64,000 nucleotides of DNA from an uncultured Planctomycetota bacterium (GTDB lineage Bacteria; Planctomycetota; Planctomycetia; Isosphaerales; Isosphaeraceae): assembly GCA_963845755.1 (NCBI GenBank), contig CAWJTV010000041.1, positions 192,001 to 256,000 of the forward strand, in the 5' to 3' direction. Below, piece by piece: positions 11,201 to 22,167 of this stretch (within the stretch, counting starts at the first letter, position 1; each line of letters starts with the position of its first letter). The notes under the pieces are model-generated. The model was not told the DNA's origin. It saw nothing but the letters and a program-made list of their open reading frames with translations, and did no database searches. The position numbers and the translations under genes are program-made.

Positions 11201-14200
11201 GGCCCGGCCAGAGCGGCCAGCTCAGCCTGACCCTGCTCGCCCAGGGCTCCGGACACCAGGAGATCCCCGTCGAGGTCGCCCAGATCGAAGCGGGCCAGAC
11301 CATCGCTTGGTCGTCACAGGAGTCCGCGATCCGGCCCAGCAGCATTTCCACCGCGGCCTGGAACGCCATCTGGACGAACCTGATGACGACGGTCGGCACG
11401 ACGACCGATTCCTACGATGCCGCGCTGGCGCAGGCCGCGACCTATCTCGGCGGCGTCGGCGAAACCACGGCCCAGGTCAGCGATGTGAGCCGCCTCTGGT
11501 CGTTCCTCACCGCTCAGGCCGACGCCGCGTTCCCTGTGGGGACCTTGACCTCGGCCACCGACGCCTCGCTGCCGACGCCAGGTAGTCTGACGCTGGCCAT
11601 CGGCCGGACCTTCGGTGCGACGATCGACGCCCGCGATCGGCCGGGTCCCTTCGGTCTCGGCTGGACCACAAGCTGGCAGGTATCGCTGAGCACCGACGCC
11701 TCTGGCAATGTGACCATCGACTCGGCCGGTTCCGTCGGCGTGTTCCTGAAGCAGCCCAATGGTACCTACCTGAATACCGACGGCGAATCCGGCGCACTGA
11801 CCCAGTCAGGTGGCATCGACACCTTCACGGCAACGTCCGGCACGCAGCTCGTCTTCCTGGCGAACGGACGGTTGAACTACGAGCAGGACACCGACGGCAA
11901 CCGGATCACGCTGGGCTACAATACCCAGGGTCAGCTCACGACCTTGACCTACTCGAATCCATCGAACCCCTCCGAGCCGACCGAGCAGTTGACGCTGACC
12001 TACAACCCGCAAGGCTTCGTCTCACAGGTCGCCGACGGCACAGGCGATACCTGGTCCTACAGCTACGACTCGGCCGGCCATCTTCTCTCCGTGACGTCGC
12101 CCGGTAATCTGAAGACCTCGTACACCTACAACACGGGGACGAACCCCGAGATGGCCAACGCCCTGCTGTCGATCACCAATCCCGATGGCTCGCAGCAGGA
12201 TTTCACTTACGACTCCCAGGGCCGGCTCAGCGGGACCAGTTCCAACGGCGGCGCCGATACGATCAGTTACACCTACGACGGCCAGGCCGAGATCACGACG
12301 ACCGACGCTGCAAGCCACAAGACCATCACCTGGTACGACGCGACGGGCCAGGTGGCTCGGGTGGAAGACCCGCTGGGCGGCATCTCCAGCTACACCTACA
12401 ACGACAACGGCAACGTGGTCAGCTACACGAACGCCGTCGGCGATACCTACCAGTATTCCTACGATGCCGCCGGAGACGCGACCCAGACGGTCAATCCGCT
12501 CGGCCAATCCGTGAGCATGACGTACAATTCGCTCGGCGACATGACCTCGATCACCGACGCCAACGATACGACCCAGTATCAATACAATGCCGCCGGCAGC
12601 CTGCTCAGCATCAGCTATCCCGACGGCACCGAGCAGTCGTTCCAGTACGACCCGCTCGGAGACATGAGCGAGACCGTCGAACAGGACGGGGATGCGGTCG
12701 GCTACAAGTACAATGCCCAGGGCCTGGTCACCCTGGAATCGTTCGCCGACAAGACGAGCGAGACCTTCACCTACGACGCCCAGGGCAACCTGCTGACCGC
12801 GAAGACCTTTGATGCCGCGGGCACGCTCACGGGCACGACCACGCTCACCTATGTCACCAACACACAGGGGCAGGACATCGGCGGCGAGCTGGGCTCGATC
12901 ACCTATCCCAACGGCCAGTATCTGAAGTTCACGTACAACCCCGAGACGGGGCAACGTACTCAGAGCGTGGACCAGTCCGGCTTCACCGTCAATTATGCGT
13001 ATGATACGCTCGGCCGGCTGTCCGAATTGACCGACGGCTCGGATCATTTGATCGTCAAGTACATGTACAATAACGTGGGCGAGTTGGAGACGAAGCTCAA
13101 CGGCGACGGCACGTCCACGTCCTACCAGTACGACGCGGCCGGCGACCTGACCAGCGAGGTCAATTACGCCGCCGAACGGCACGACGGTCAATTCATCGTT
13201 CGGCTACACGTACAACGTGCTGGGCGAGGTCACCTCGATGACCGACGCCGCGAAAAACAAGACCACTTATGGCTACGATGCCACCGGCCAGTTGACGCAG
13301 GTCACGCTCCCGGGCGGCTCGACCATCACCTACGTTTACAACGCGGCCGGCGACCGGACCGAGGTCATCGACGGCGGCACGACGACCACCTACACCAGCA
13401 ACGCCGACAACGAGGTCACCCAGGTCGGCTCGACGACCTACACCTACGACGCCAACGGCAACCTGCACACCGTCACCGATTCCGGCGGCACGACCACGTA
13501 TGATTACAACGACCTGAACCAGCTCGTCTCGATCACGGCGCCCGACAAGACCGTAACGACGTTCCAGTACAGCCCGCTCGGCTTCCTCGTGGGGGAAAAC
13601 GTCGGCGGCACGCAGACGAATGACCTCGTCGATCCCACCGGCGGCGGCAACGTGGTGGCCTCCTACAACGGCAGCGGCTCGCTGATCGCCGATTACACGT
13701 ATGGTCTCGGCCTGGTCAGCCAGACAGGCCCCGGCGGCACGGGCTATTACGACTTCGACGGCAGCGGCAACACCGTCGGCATCACGGGATCGAGCGGCAG
13801 CTATGTCGATCAGTACAGTTATCTGCCATTCGGCGAGACGACGACCGTCTCAGCCGCGCTGCCGAACCCGTTCACGTTCGCCGGGCAGTCCGGCGTGATG
13901 CAGATCGGGACGAACCTGTTCGACATGCGGGCCCGAGACTACACGCCAGCGACCGGGCAGTTCCTGAGCAATGACCCGAGCGGTCTGTCGGGAGGGCAGG
14001 CCAATCTCCGCCAGTACGCCGGGAACAATCCGGTCTCCCTGGTTGACCCCTCCGGCCTCAGCGCCGAGGCTTCCTACTACGGCGCCTTCCCGGGGGACGG
14101 CATTGCCTCTTACTATGGCGCCTCCCCGGGATCCGCTCCGCCCTCCTACTACGGCGCCTTCCCGGGAGATGGCATTGCCTCCTACTACGGCGCCTTCCCC

Positions 14201-15826
14201 GGGACCCCGACCAACGTCGTCGGTTGTGGCTGTGGGCATTCGTTCCTGTTGCCGTTTGACGAACAGGGCGGCTTGACCCCCTTCGGCGGGCTGACCCCCT
14301 ACGATGAACTGATCCCCTACGACGGCGGCCTGACTCCGTACGGCGGCCTGACTCCGTACGGTGGCCTGACTCCCAATGGCACACTGACTCCTCCGGTCCC
14401 GGCGGACTCCGGTCTGGATTTCCATGTCGGATGCGGGCCGTCATTCGGCGCGTTCTCTTTCCTGAAAGTACCCAGTACTCCCGGCTCGCCCGGCGGCGGC
14501 GGGACCGGTGCCTCCACGAGCTCCCATGACCCTAACGACCTCATCGGTCCTACGGGATATGGCTCGCAGGGGTTCTTCATCCCGGCCGGGGCCTTGACCT
14601 ATGCGCTCGACTTCGAGAACGACGGCGGCGTCGCGGCGCAGGATGTCACGGTCAACGAGCAGCTCAGCCCCAACCTGGATTGGTCCACATTCCAGCTCGG
14701 CTCGTTCGGCTTCGGGCCAATCACGGTGACCCTCCCCGCGGGACTGACGCTATACCAGACCACGGTGCCCTACCGGAACGTCGACGGCACCTCGCTGAAC
14801 GTCCAGGTCGCCCTGAATTTCAACGTCCAGACCGGACTCTTGACCGCCACGTTCACCTCGCTCGACCCGATCACTGGCCAGGCGCCGACGGGCGCCACCG
14901 ACGGCTTCCTGCCGCCGGACAACAGCGCCGGCATCGGTGAGGGTTACATCCGGTACACGGTCCGGTCGAAGTCGGGCCTGACGACGGGAGCGGCGATCAA
15001 CCAGCAAGCGTCGGTGGTCTTCGATACGAATGCACCACTCGACACGGCCCCGGTGGTCAACACGATCGACGTCACCGCGCCGAGTTCCAGCGTCGCCCCG
15101 CTGCCATCCGCCGAGAGCTCGCCGAGCTTCCCGGTGAGCTGGTCGGGCAGCGACGGCGGAGGCTCGGGGATCGCGAGCTACAACGTCTACGTCTCCGATG
15201 ACGGCGGACCCTATCAGCTCTGGCAGTCGCACACCACACAGACCTCGGCCACTTACACCGGTCAGGCCGGTCATACCTACGGTTTCTATAGCGTGGCGAC
15301 CAGCCACGTGGGCCTCGTCCAGCCCGCGCCGGGCTCCGCCCAGGCGAGCACCATGGTGAGTCTTCCCACGCCCACGCCGACACCGACCCCACCGCCCACG
15401 ATCATCAGCGAGCAAGTCTTGTTCACGCGCAAGCTGAACAAGAAGCACAAGCCGGTGGGCAAGCCGGTGCTGAGCGGGTTCGAGTTCACGTTCGGCGAGA
15501 CGATGAATTCCGCCACCGCCGGCAATCCGAGCAACTACCAGATGGATTGGGTGTCGACCAAGAAGGTCAAGAAGAAGGTCGTCACCATCCAGCATCCGGT
15601 CTCATTCCAGGTGCAGTACAGCGATTCGAACGATTCGGTGAGCTTGCTCCTGATCGGCAAGCAGGCGTTCGCCCAGGGCGGCCAGATCACGGTGATCGCG
15701 TCGCCGCCGAATGGGGTCAGCAGCGCCGCGGGCATCTTGCTGGACGGGAACGATGAAGGCCTCGCCGGCGACAACGGCGTGTTCACGATCCTGCCCAAGG
15801 CCCGCGGGATCACGCGCGGGGCATAG
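5289..15826 (+). CDS. Giant secreted protein (~3,500 aa): LEPR-XLL-type N-terminus, LRR-like/beta-solenoid repeats, CARDB, PPC-like, YD/RHS repeats + RHS core, repeat cargo, DUF7619-like, Fn3-like, basic C-tail; about 5 apparent frameshifts
   Basis: RBS ggag + ATG at 5289; RR...DGLEARTLLS; ORFs 5133, 5758, 6095, 6882, 7258 and 13217 join in register; YDxxG repeats; YSYLPFGE...ARDYTPATGQFLSNDP...NPVSLVDPSGL; SHDPND. Confidence 0.85.
5740..8340 (+). repeat. About 6 near-identical ~447-nt (149 aa) intragenic tandem repeats
   Basis: gagagcgacgg anchor recurs at ~5956, 6404, 6851, 7300, 7747, 8194; TLEATGAGS.LTLANLASVTQPGNSYAEQAQFEALAGGTV recurs. Confidence 0.9.
14072..14392 (+). repeat. Coding micro-repeats: 4x SYYGA(F/S)PG (36-nt period) and ~7x GGLTPx-like (mostly 18-nt period)
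   Basis: Read directly in ORF 13217..15826 just after DPSGL. Confidence 0.95.
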
Positions 15827-15846
15827 GGAAGCGACCGGGAAGCGAC

Positions 15847-15869
15847 GAACGGAATTCATTCCGTTCTAC
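15847..15869 (-). repeat. GTAG-family REP palindrome (3' flank of RAYT)
   Basis: GTAG-AACGGAATGAATTCCGTT-C on the minus strand. Confidence 0.85.
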
Positions 15870-16621
15870 GACTCGTGAAGCCAGGCGTCTATCCAGTCGG
15901 CACGAGAGATCGCCTGGGGCGGCAGCTCGAGATGGGCCAAAACGGGGTTGCGTGCTATGCATTCGCGATACGCCGACAATGGTTCCAGCGAACGCACGAT
16001 GTGATCATAACTGTCGGCTTGCCAGAACGCGCCCGTGCGACGACGTAGTCGATTGCACGCGACCGCCGAGGCACCTTTGATCGATTTCAGGATTCGCTCC
16101 AGTTCGGTCGGCTTCCCGCTCGAGGAACGGAATGAATTCCGTTCTACTTCCTCTTCTTCGGCGACAGGCGTGATCAGCAGATGGACGTGATTGGGCATGA
16201 TCACGAAGTCGCCCAGGTGATGACGGCAGCCGTCGTTCCGGAAGAGTGTTGCCCGCAGCGCGGTGATACACTCCAATTCCTGCAAGTGACATTCGCCCAA
16301 CCCCCGGTCCAGGCAGCTCTGCACCCGGCGATTGAAATGCTTCTCGAAGCGAAACTGTTCCTGTTGTGGCAACCTGTGTAAGGCTTCGCGCCAGTGGCCA
16401 CGTTCGCGGTCGTAGGCGATGCCCCGCCGTTCGAGCCACTGTTTCTTTTCTTCCACCCCTTGTCGTCGCACGCCGTCGGGGATCGAGTCCGCAAGTCGAA
16501 ACGTCACGAAGTACGTGCCCCCGTCCTGCCGCCAGTGCGGCAAATCCCTCTCGTAGATCCGCACTGTCCGATATTCGCTATACGGCACGAACCTCGGAGG
16601 CCGTAGCACGGAATTCATCAT
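15866..16621 (-). mobile_element. REP-associated tyrosine transposase (RAYT, IS200/Y1 HUH family)
   Basis: LPHW...YFVTFRLADS, HUH motif MPNHVHLLI, FWQADSYDHIVR, ...NP; flanked by GTAG REPs. Confidence 0.85.
16125..16147 (-). repeat. GTAG-family REP palindrome inside the RAYT coding sequence
   Basis: GTAG-AACGGAATTCATTCCGTT-C on the minus strand, translated as VERNSFRS. Confidence 0.85.
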
Positions 16622-16628
16622 TCCGTGC
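16603..16628 (+). repeat. GTAG-family REP variant (5' flank of RAYT)
   Basis: gtagcacggaattcatcattccgtgc. Confidence 0.75.
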
Positions 16629-19600
16629 CCCCCGGCTCCTCCGGGGCGAATCCACGGCGCATCGTATTCTCGGTGACCGACCGCGTGAGCAGGAACTCGA
16701 GCAGGTAATCGGGTCCGCCGGCCTTGGTGCCGATCCCGGAGAGCTTGAACCCACCGAAGGGCTGGCGGTCGACCTGGGCCCCGGTGATCCCCCGGTTGAT
16801 GTAGAGGTTCCCGACCAGGAACTCGCGGCGGACCTTCTCGATGTTCGCCGGGCTGCGCGAATAGAGGCCGCCGGTGAGCGCGTATTGGGTTCCGTTGGCG
16901 ATCCGCAAGGCGTCGTCCAGGTCGCGCGCCTTGAGGACGGCCAGCAACGGGCCGAAGATCTCCTCCTGGGCGATGCGGGCTCCGGGATGCACGTCGGCGA
17001 CGATCATCGGGGCGACGAAATACCCCTGGTCAGCGAAGGGGCCGGGATCGGACTGGAAGACCACGCGGCCCTCGGCGACGGCGATCCGCTGATAGTCGAG
17101 GATGCGCCGGCGCAACGGCATCGATCACCGGGCCGACGAGGGTCTCGGGGTCGTCGGCCGGTCCGACCTTGACAGCGCGAGCCGCCTCGACCAGCCTGTT
17201 CAGGAAGGCGTCGTGGATCCCCTCCAGCGCGATCACTCGCGAGCATGCCGAGCACTTCTGTCCGGCGTATCCGAAGGCGCTGTGGATGACGCCCACGACC
17301 GCCTCGTCGAGGTCCGCGTCGTCATCGATGAGGATCGCGTTCTTACCGCCCATCTCGGCGATGACCCGCTTGATGTGGTCCTGGGGCGGCTTCGTGTCGG
17401 CCGCCTGACGGGAGATGAGGAGCCCCACGTCCCGCGAGCCGGTGAAGGCAATGACGGCGATCTCGGGATGATTGACCAGCGCCTGGCCGACCTCCTCGCC
17501 CAGGCCGGGGAGGTAGTTCAGCACGCCCGGCGGCAAGCCGGCCTCGTGGAGGATTCGGGCCAGGTGCCAGGACATGACGGGCGCCTGCTCGGACGGCTTG
17601 AGGATGACCGGGTTGCCCGCGACGAGCGCCGCGACCGTCATGCCGGTCGGGATGGCGAGCGGGAAGTTCCAGGGGGGGATGACGACCGTCACGCCGCGCG
17701 GCAGGTGTTCGGCGAAATTCGTCTCGCCTGGGACGTCGCGTCGCCGCGGTTCGGACAGGCGGATCATCTCGCGGGCGTAGAACTCGCAGAAGTCGATCGC
17801 CTCGGCGATGTCGCCGTCGGCCTCGGCCCAGGGCTTGCCGCACTCGTAGATCTCCCAGGCGGCCAGCTCGAACCGGCGCCGGCGCATCATCGCCGCGGCG
17901 CGGATCAGGACCGCGGCGCGGTCGCGCGCCGGCGTTGACGCCCAGCCTGGGAATGCCGCTCGCGCCGCGGCGACGGCACGGCCGGCGTGCTCGGCACCGG
18001 CCTGCGCCATCTCCCCGACGTTGCGCGAGCTATGGCTCGGGTTGGGCGAGAATAGCCGGCGCGATCCGGTCTCGACGTCCGCGCCGCCGATGATCAGCGG
18101 ATAGCGCCGGCCGAGCTCGCCCCGAACCTCATCGAGCGCACGCCGCATCGCCTCCCGATCCTCGGATCGTGCGAAGTCGGTCGGCGGCTCGTTGCGAAAC
18201 GGGGGCAACGCACCGGAGTCCGCCGGCCCTTCCGCCCGGTGGCGTCGCGTCCGCGTCAGCATGGCTCCGATCTCCTCGGGGTTGCGCAGCAGCTCGTCGA
18301 CCCGCGCGGGGGGTGGAACTCATCTTGAGGAACGATTCGTTCGCCGTGTTCTCCAGCAGCCGACGCACCAGGTAGGCCATGCCTGGGAGCAGGGCACCGT
18401 ACGGGGTATAGACGCGCACCCGATGGCCCCGAGCGACCAGCGCCCGCTGGAGCGCGTCGCCCATACCATAGAGGGTCTGGAGCTCGTAGGCCGCCGGAGG
18501 TAGAGACATCGCCTCGGCCGCGGCGATCGCGTGGGCCAGGCTGCGGACGTTATGACTGCCGAAGGCCGGACGCAGCCGGTCGTGATGGCGCAGGAGGAAT
18601 CGCGTGCAACGCTCGAACGACGCGTCGCTCTGCCACTTCTGGAGATAGACGGGCTCCGGCCAGCCCAGCCGGCGCGCGCTCAGGACCTCGTAATCCCAGT
18701 ACGCCCCTTTGACCAGCCGGATCGTGATCGGCGCCCCGCGGGACTCGACCCATTCCCGGAGCATCTGGAGCTCGGCCTCCGCCTGGTCGTGGTAGGCCTG
18801 GACCACGATCCCGACATCGGGCCAGTCGCGGAACTCCGGCTCCTGGAGGACCCGGCGGAACAGCTCGCAGGTCAGCGCCCGGTAGGCGTACTGCTCCATG
18901 TCCACGTGAACATAGGCACCCCGCTCGCGGGCCGCGCGGAGGATCGGCCGCAACCGTCCGGCGGCGCGATCGATCGAGGCCTCGGCGTGGATCGGCTCGA
19001 AGTGGGCGGTTAGGCTCGATAGCTTGAGCGAGAGATTCACCCGCGGGATCGGGCCGTGCGCGTCGCGATCGATCAGCGACACTTCGGGGGCAGCCGCTAG
19101 CGGACCGGCCAGCCCGTGGATCATCTCCAGGCAAGTCTGCTGGTACCAATCGGCTTCGGCCTCGCTGATGATGGCCTCGCCGAGCAGGTCGGCGGTAAAG
19201 GCCAGCCTGCGCCGGCGGAGGTTCAGCACCGTTTGCAGCGCCTCCTGCGGCGTGGCACCGGCGATGAACTTCTGGGCCATCACCCCGGCCGCGAACCGCG
19301 CGGTCCCGGCCAGCCATCCCGCGCGTGTCGAACCCTCGGGGGCTAGCCGTAACGCCAGTTCCAGCCACCAGGGAACCGCATCGCCCGCCTCGGCCAGATA
19401 CTCGGCCAGGTGCCGCCGGGTCGAATCGGATTCCTTCAAGGCCGGCAGTGCATCGATGAATCGAAAAAGCTGGACGCGCACCACGGGATCGTCGAGCGTC
19501 GCAGCCATGAAGCGATCGTCCCACCAGCCGCGCTGCCAGGGACGCCCGCGACCGATCCGGTCGAACAGCTCTCGGCCGATCTGCCGCGTACGCCGCTCGA

Positions 19601-19724
19601 GTGCCTCGGCCGAGACGACCGCGCCACCGCCGGCGACACCTCGGTCGTCCGTCGCGTTGACGGGGCCAGGACCGGGCTCGCGCTCCTGGCCGGGCTCGGT
19701 GTCGGAAGTCGAAGCGGTCGCCAT
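16618..19724 (-). CDS. putA: Bifunctional proline dehydrogenase / P5C dehydrogenase (frameshifts near 18310 and 17120)
   Basis: LFRFIDALP, VDME, IRLVKGAYWDYE, YLVRRLLENTANESF; PWNFP, AEMGGKN, GQKCSACSR, QEEIFGP, QPFGGFKLSG. Confidence 0.92.
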
Positions 19725-19866
19725 GGTCGATCGGCCCCGGTTGAATCCTGTGCTCCCAACCGCGATGCTCCGATACCATTGTACGACCCAAACCCGCGAC
19801 GGACATCTTTGTTTGTGGCCGGGCGTCAGCTAATCGCCCGCACCATCAGGATCGGAAGTCGATTTC

Positions 19867-19928
19867 GTAGGTTGGGTGAAACCCGCCAGATGGCAGAGAC
19901 TTCCGTTGGTGGGTTGCGCCCACCCCGC
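19867..19928 (+). repeat. REPIN-like doublet of a second GTAG REP family
   Basis: gtaggttgggtgaaacccgcc ... ggtgggttgcgcccaccccgc, imperfect inverted pair in an intergenic gap. Confidence 0.6.
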
Positions 19929-19964
19929 AACCGAGGATCCGAGTTCCGGGGACCGGCTCCAGGA

Positions 19965-20906
19965 TCAAGCGCCAGCCTTCATCAATCCACGCAGATACTC
20001 CCGCGCCAACTTGACCTGCTCGTGGACCTGTTCGATGCCACGAAGTTGGTGATTCTGGTCGAGGAACGGGTGGCAGAGTTCATAGCCGAAGTAGCCGTCA
20101 TAGCCGATCTCCCGCATCAGGCCGAGGAAATAAGCATAGTCCGGGATCGGTTTCTCGAAGTCGATGGAGCGGGGCTGAACGCGGCCGTCGGCATCGCGAT
20201 CATACTCGCCGCCGAAATGGGAGTAGGTCTGGAGTTTGCCCACCGTCAGCGCCGCCTGTTGTACGGAGTCCTTGTCGAACCGGGTCATCATGGGCAGGTC
20301 GAGGCAGACCTTGAGCCAGGGTGAATTGACTTCCCGGACGAGGTCGTAGATATCCTTCCAGTGGCGGATGAACGGCGGATGGTTCTGGAGCGCCATGACC
20401 ACGCCGAATTCCTCGCCGAACGTCGCGGCTTCCTTGAGGCAACCCTTGATGAAGTTCCAGCGATCCAGCCGGCTGAGGAAGGGATACTGTGCCTCGTACG
20501 GGAGCGAGGGGGCACGCAAGAGCTCGTAGGTCGCCCGGCCGTCGCGGATCACCACCCCCGGCCAGGCCGCGAAGAGCCGGACCACCTTGGAACCGAGGTC
20601 CGCGGCCAACCGCGCCAGCTCCTTGACCATCAGGAGCTGACACTCTCGATGCTCGGGCACCGGGCTGGAGAAATCGTTGTTTGCCGCCACGCATGAGATC
20701 TCTAACCCGTGGCGCTCGACCACCGACCGCATGCGCTCGCGTGCCTTGCGGTCGAGGTCCATCGGATTGCCATGCGGGCGCTTGCCGTCCAGTTCGATGC
20801 CGTCGTAGCCGTAGTCCTGGGCCCGCGTGACGATCTCCTCGAAGGTCAGGGCCGGGCCGTCGTACCAGATGCCCGCGTAAGAGACGGTGTAGAGACTGGT
20901 CTTCAT
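19965..20906 (-). CDS. Sugar phosphate isomerase/epimerase (xylose isomerase-like TIM barrel)
   Basis: YGYDGIEL, ALQNH, KVCLD, GYDGYFGYE; RBS gagg before MKTSLY. Confidence 0.85.
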   Translation of the reverse strand: MKTSLYTVSYAGIWYDGPALTFEEIVTRAQDYGYDGIELDGKRPHGNPMDLDRKARERMRSVVERHGLEISCVAANNDFSSPVPEHRECQLLMVKELARLAADLGSKVVRLFAAWPGVVIRDGRATYELLRAPSLPYEAQYPFLSRLDRWNFIKGCLKEAATFGEEFGVVMALQNHPPFIRHWKDIYDLVREVNSPWLKVCLDLPMMTRFDKDSVQQAALTVGKLQTYSHFGGEYDRDADGRVQPRSIDFEKPIPDYAYFLGLMREIGYDGYFGYELCHPFLDQNHQLRGIEQVHEQVKLAREYLRGLMKAGA

Positions 20907-22167
20907 CAGGGTTCCTCGTAGGTCGGCGATCTCCGGGAGAGGGCTCCACGCGCGTTGAGCGTCCCCCTCGTATCGCATCATAAGCGATCGAGGCCCTCTT
21001 TCAAGGAGATGGTGGGCTCCGGGTAGTCGCATCGTCACACCTCCTTGCACGCACGGGTCTTATTAGGGACGGCCGGGGGAAACACCGGCCCCGGGGATCG
21101 AAGGCATAAGGATTAAATAATCTATATTTACATGATATGTTGTTGCCTTTTAGAGAATTGAGACTCTCAAGATCGAGACGGCATCGATCGGTAAGTCCCG
21201 GATCGGGATGTCGAGAAAAAACCTCCTAAAAAGCCCGGTGAGAGGTCATACTCTCTGAATTCCGCTCATCGTATATCACATTCCGTTCATAAGGCTTCCT
21301 TGGATATCATTTGAGCCCGGAAGAGAACGTGCCTTCCAACCGTTTTTGCCCCCAAGGTTTTCAGAAGATTGTTTGTCTCTTTTTTGAAACATGCGTTTTC
21401 TTGGGCTGTAACAAGGGTCTTGATTTCCGCGAGAACTCGTACTAACGTACGTCTTGCCTGTGTGAAAGTGCCTGATGAAAGGGTGACCGAAAACCAGTTG
21501 GACTGCGCATCGATGGCGCATCGCCAAGACCGGAGGATCTATCGTCCGACGCTGGATCAATCCACGGGATGATGGCCGAAACCGCCACCGAGTTGCAAAC
21601 ATCGTGCGGCACTTCTGGCCTCCGCGACCCGTCGGGACCATCGCCAAGGAGGGTTCAGCCGAGCCGATCGTCCGTCCGAGTCTGCGCACATTTCACCCGG
21701 GGAATTCCGGGGCTCAGTGCGGAGTCCCCGACGATCGGGACACCGATGTCGTGAGCGGAGAGGGCTAGCTCACACGACCCCGAAGGTTGCGAATCGAATC
21801 CGACGGTGCCGTGGAGGTCGATGCGGAAACATGGTCTGTCGTCTCGACGACAAATCTTGAGATCGATACGTGACCACTACCCAGGCTTGATATTGTCTAC
21901 GCATGCAAACAGTTACACCAGATCACTCGGAGGAATAGGCCGCGCCACAGGCGTTTTTGAACGTCGTGGTCGGCAGGGACTGGAATTCGCTGGCCGGTGG
22001 TCTCCGATATAACGAAACTCCCGGGGTCTGGGGATCTCGGGAGGAAGTCTGCGCTCGGTTTTCTCTCGTTGCGATCGAATCCGCAGGTCCTCCCTCGGAA
22101 TTCGGGATGATTGCGCTCAAATCGAACACCGATGTGTTCGTTTACCCACTACGGAAAGGGCATCCAT

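Noticed and set aside
21472..21495. Hammerhead-like core ctgatga...gaaa
   Set aside because: Stems I and III and an NUH cleavage triplet cannot be formed in register
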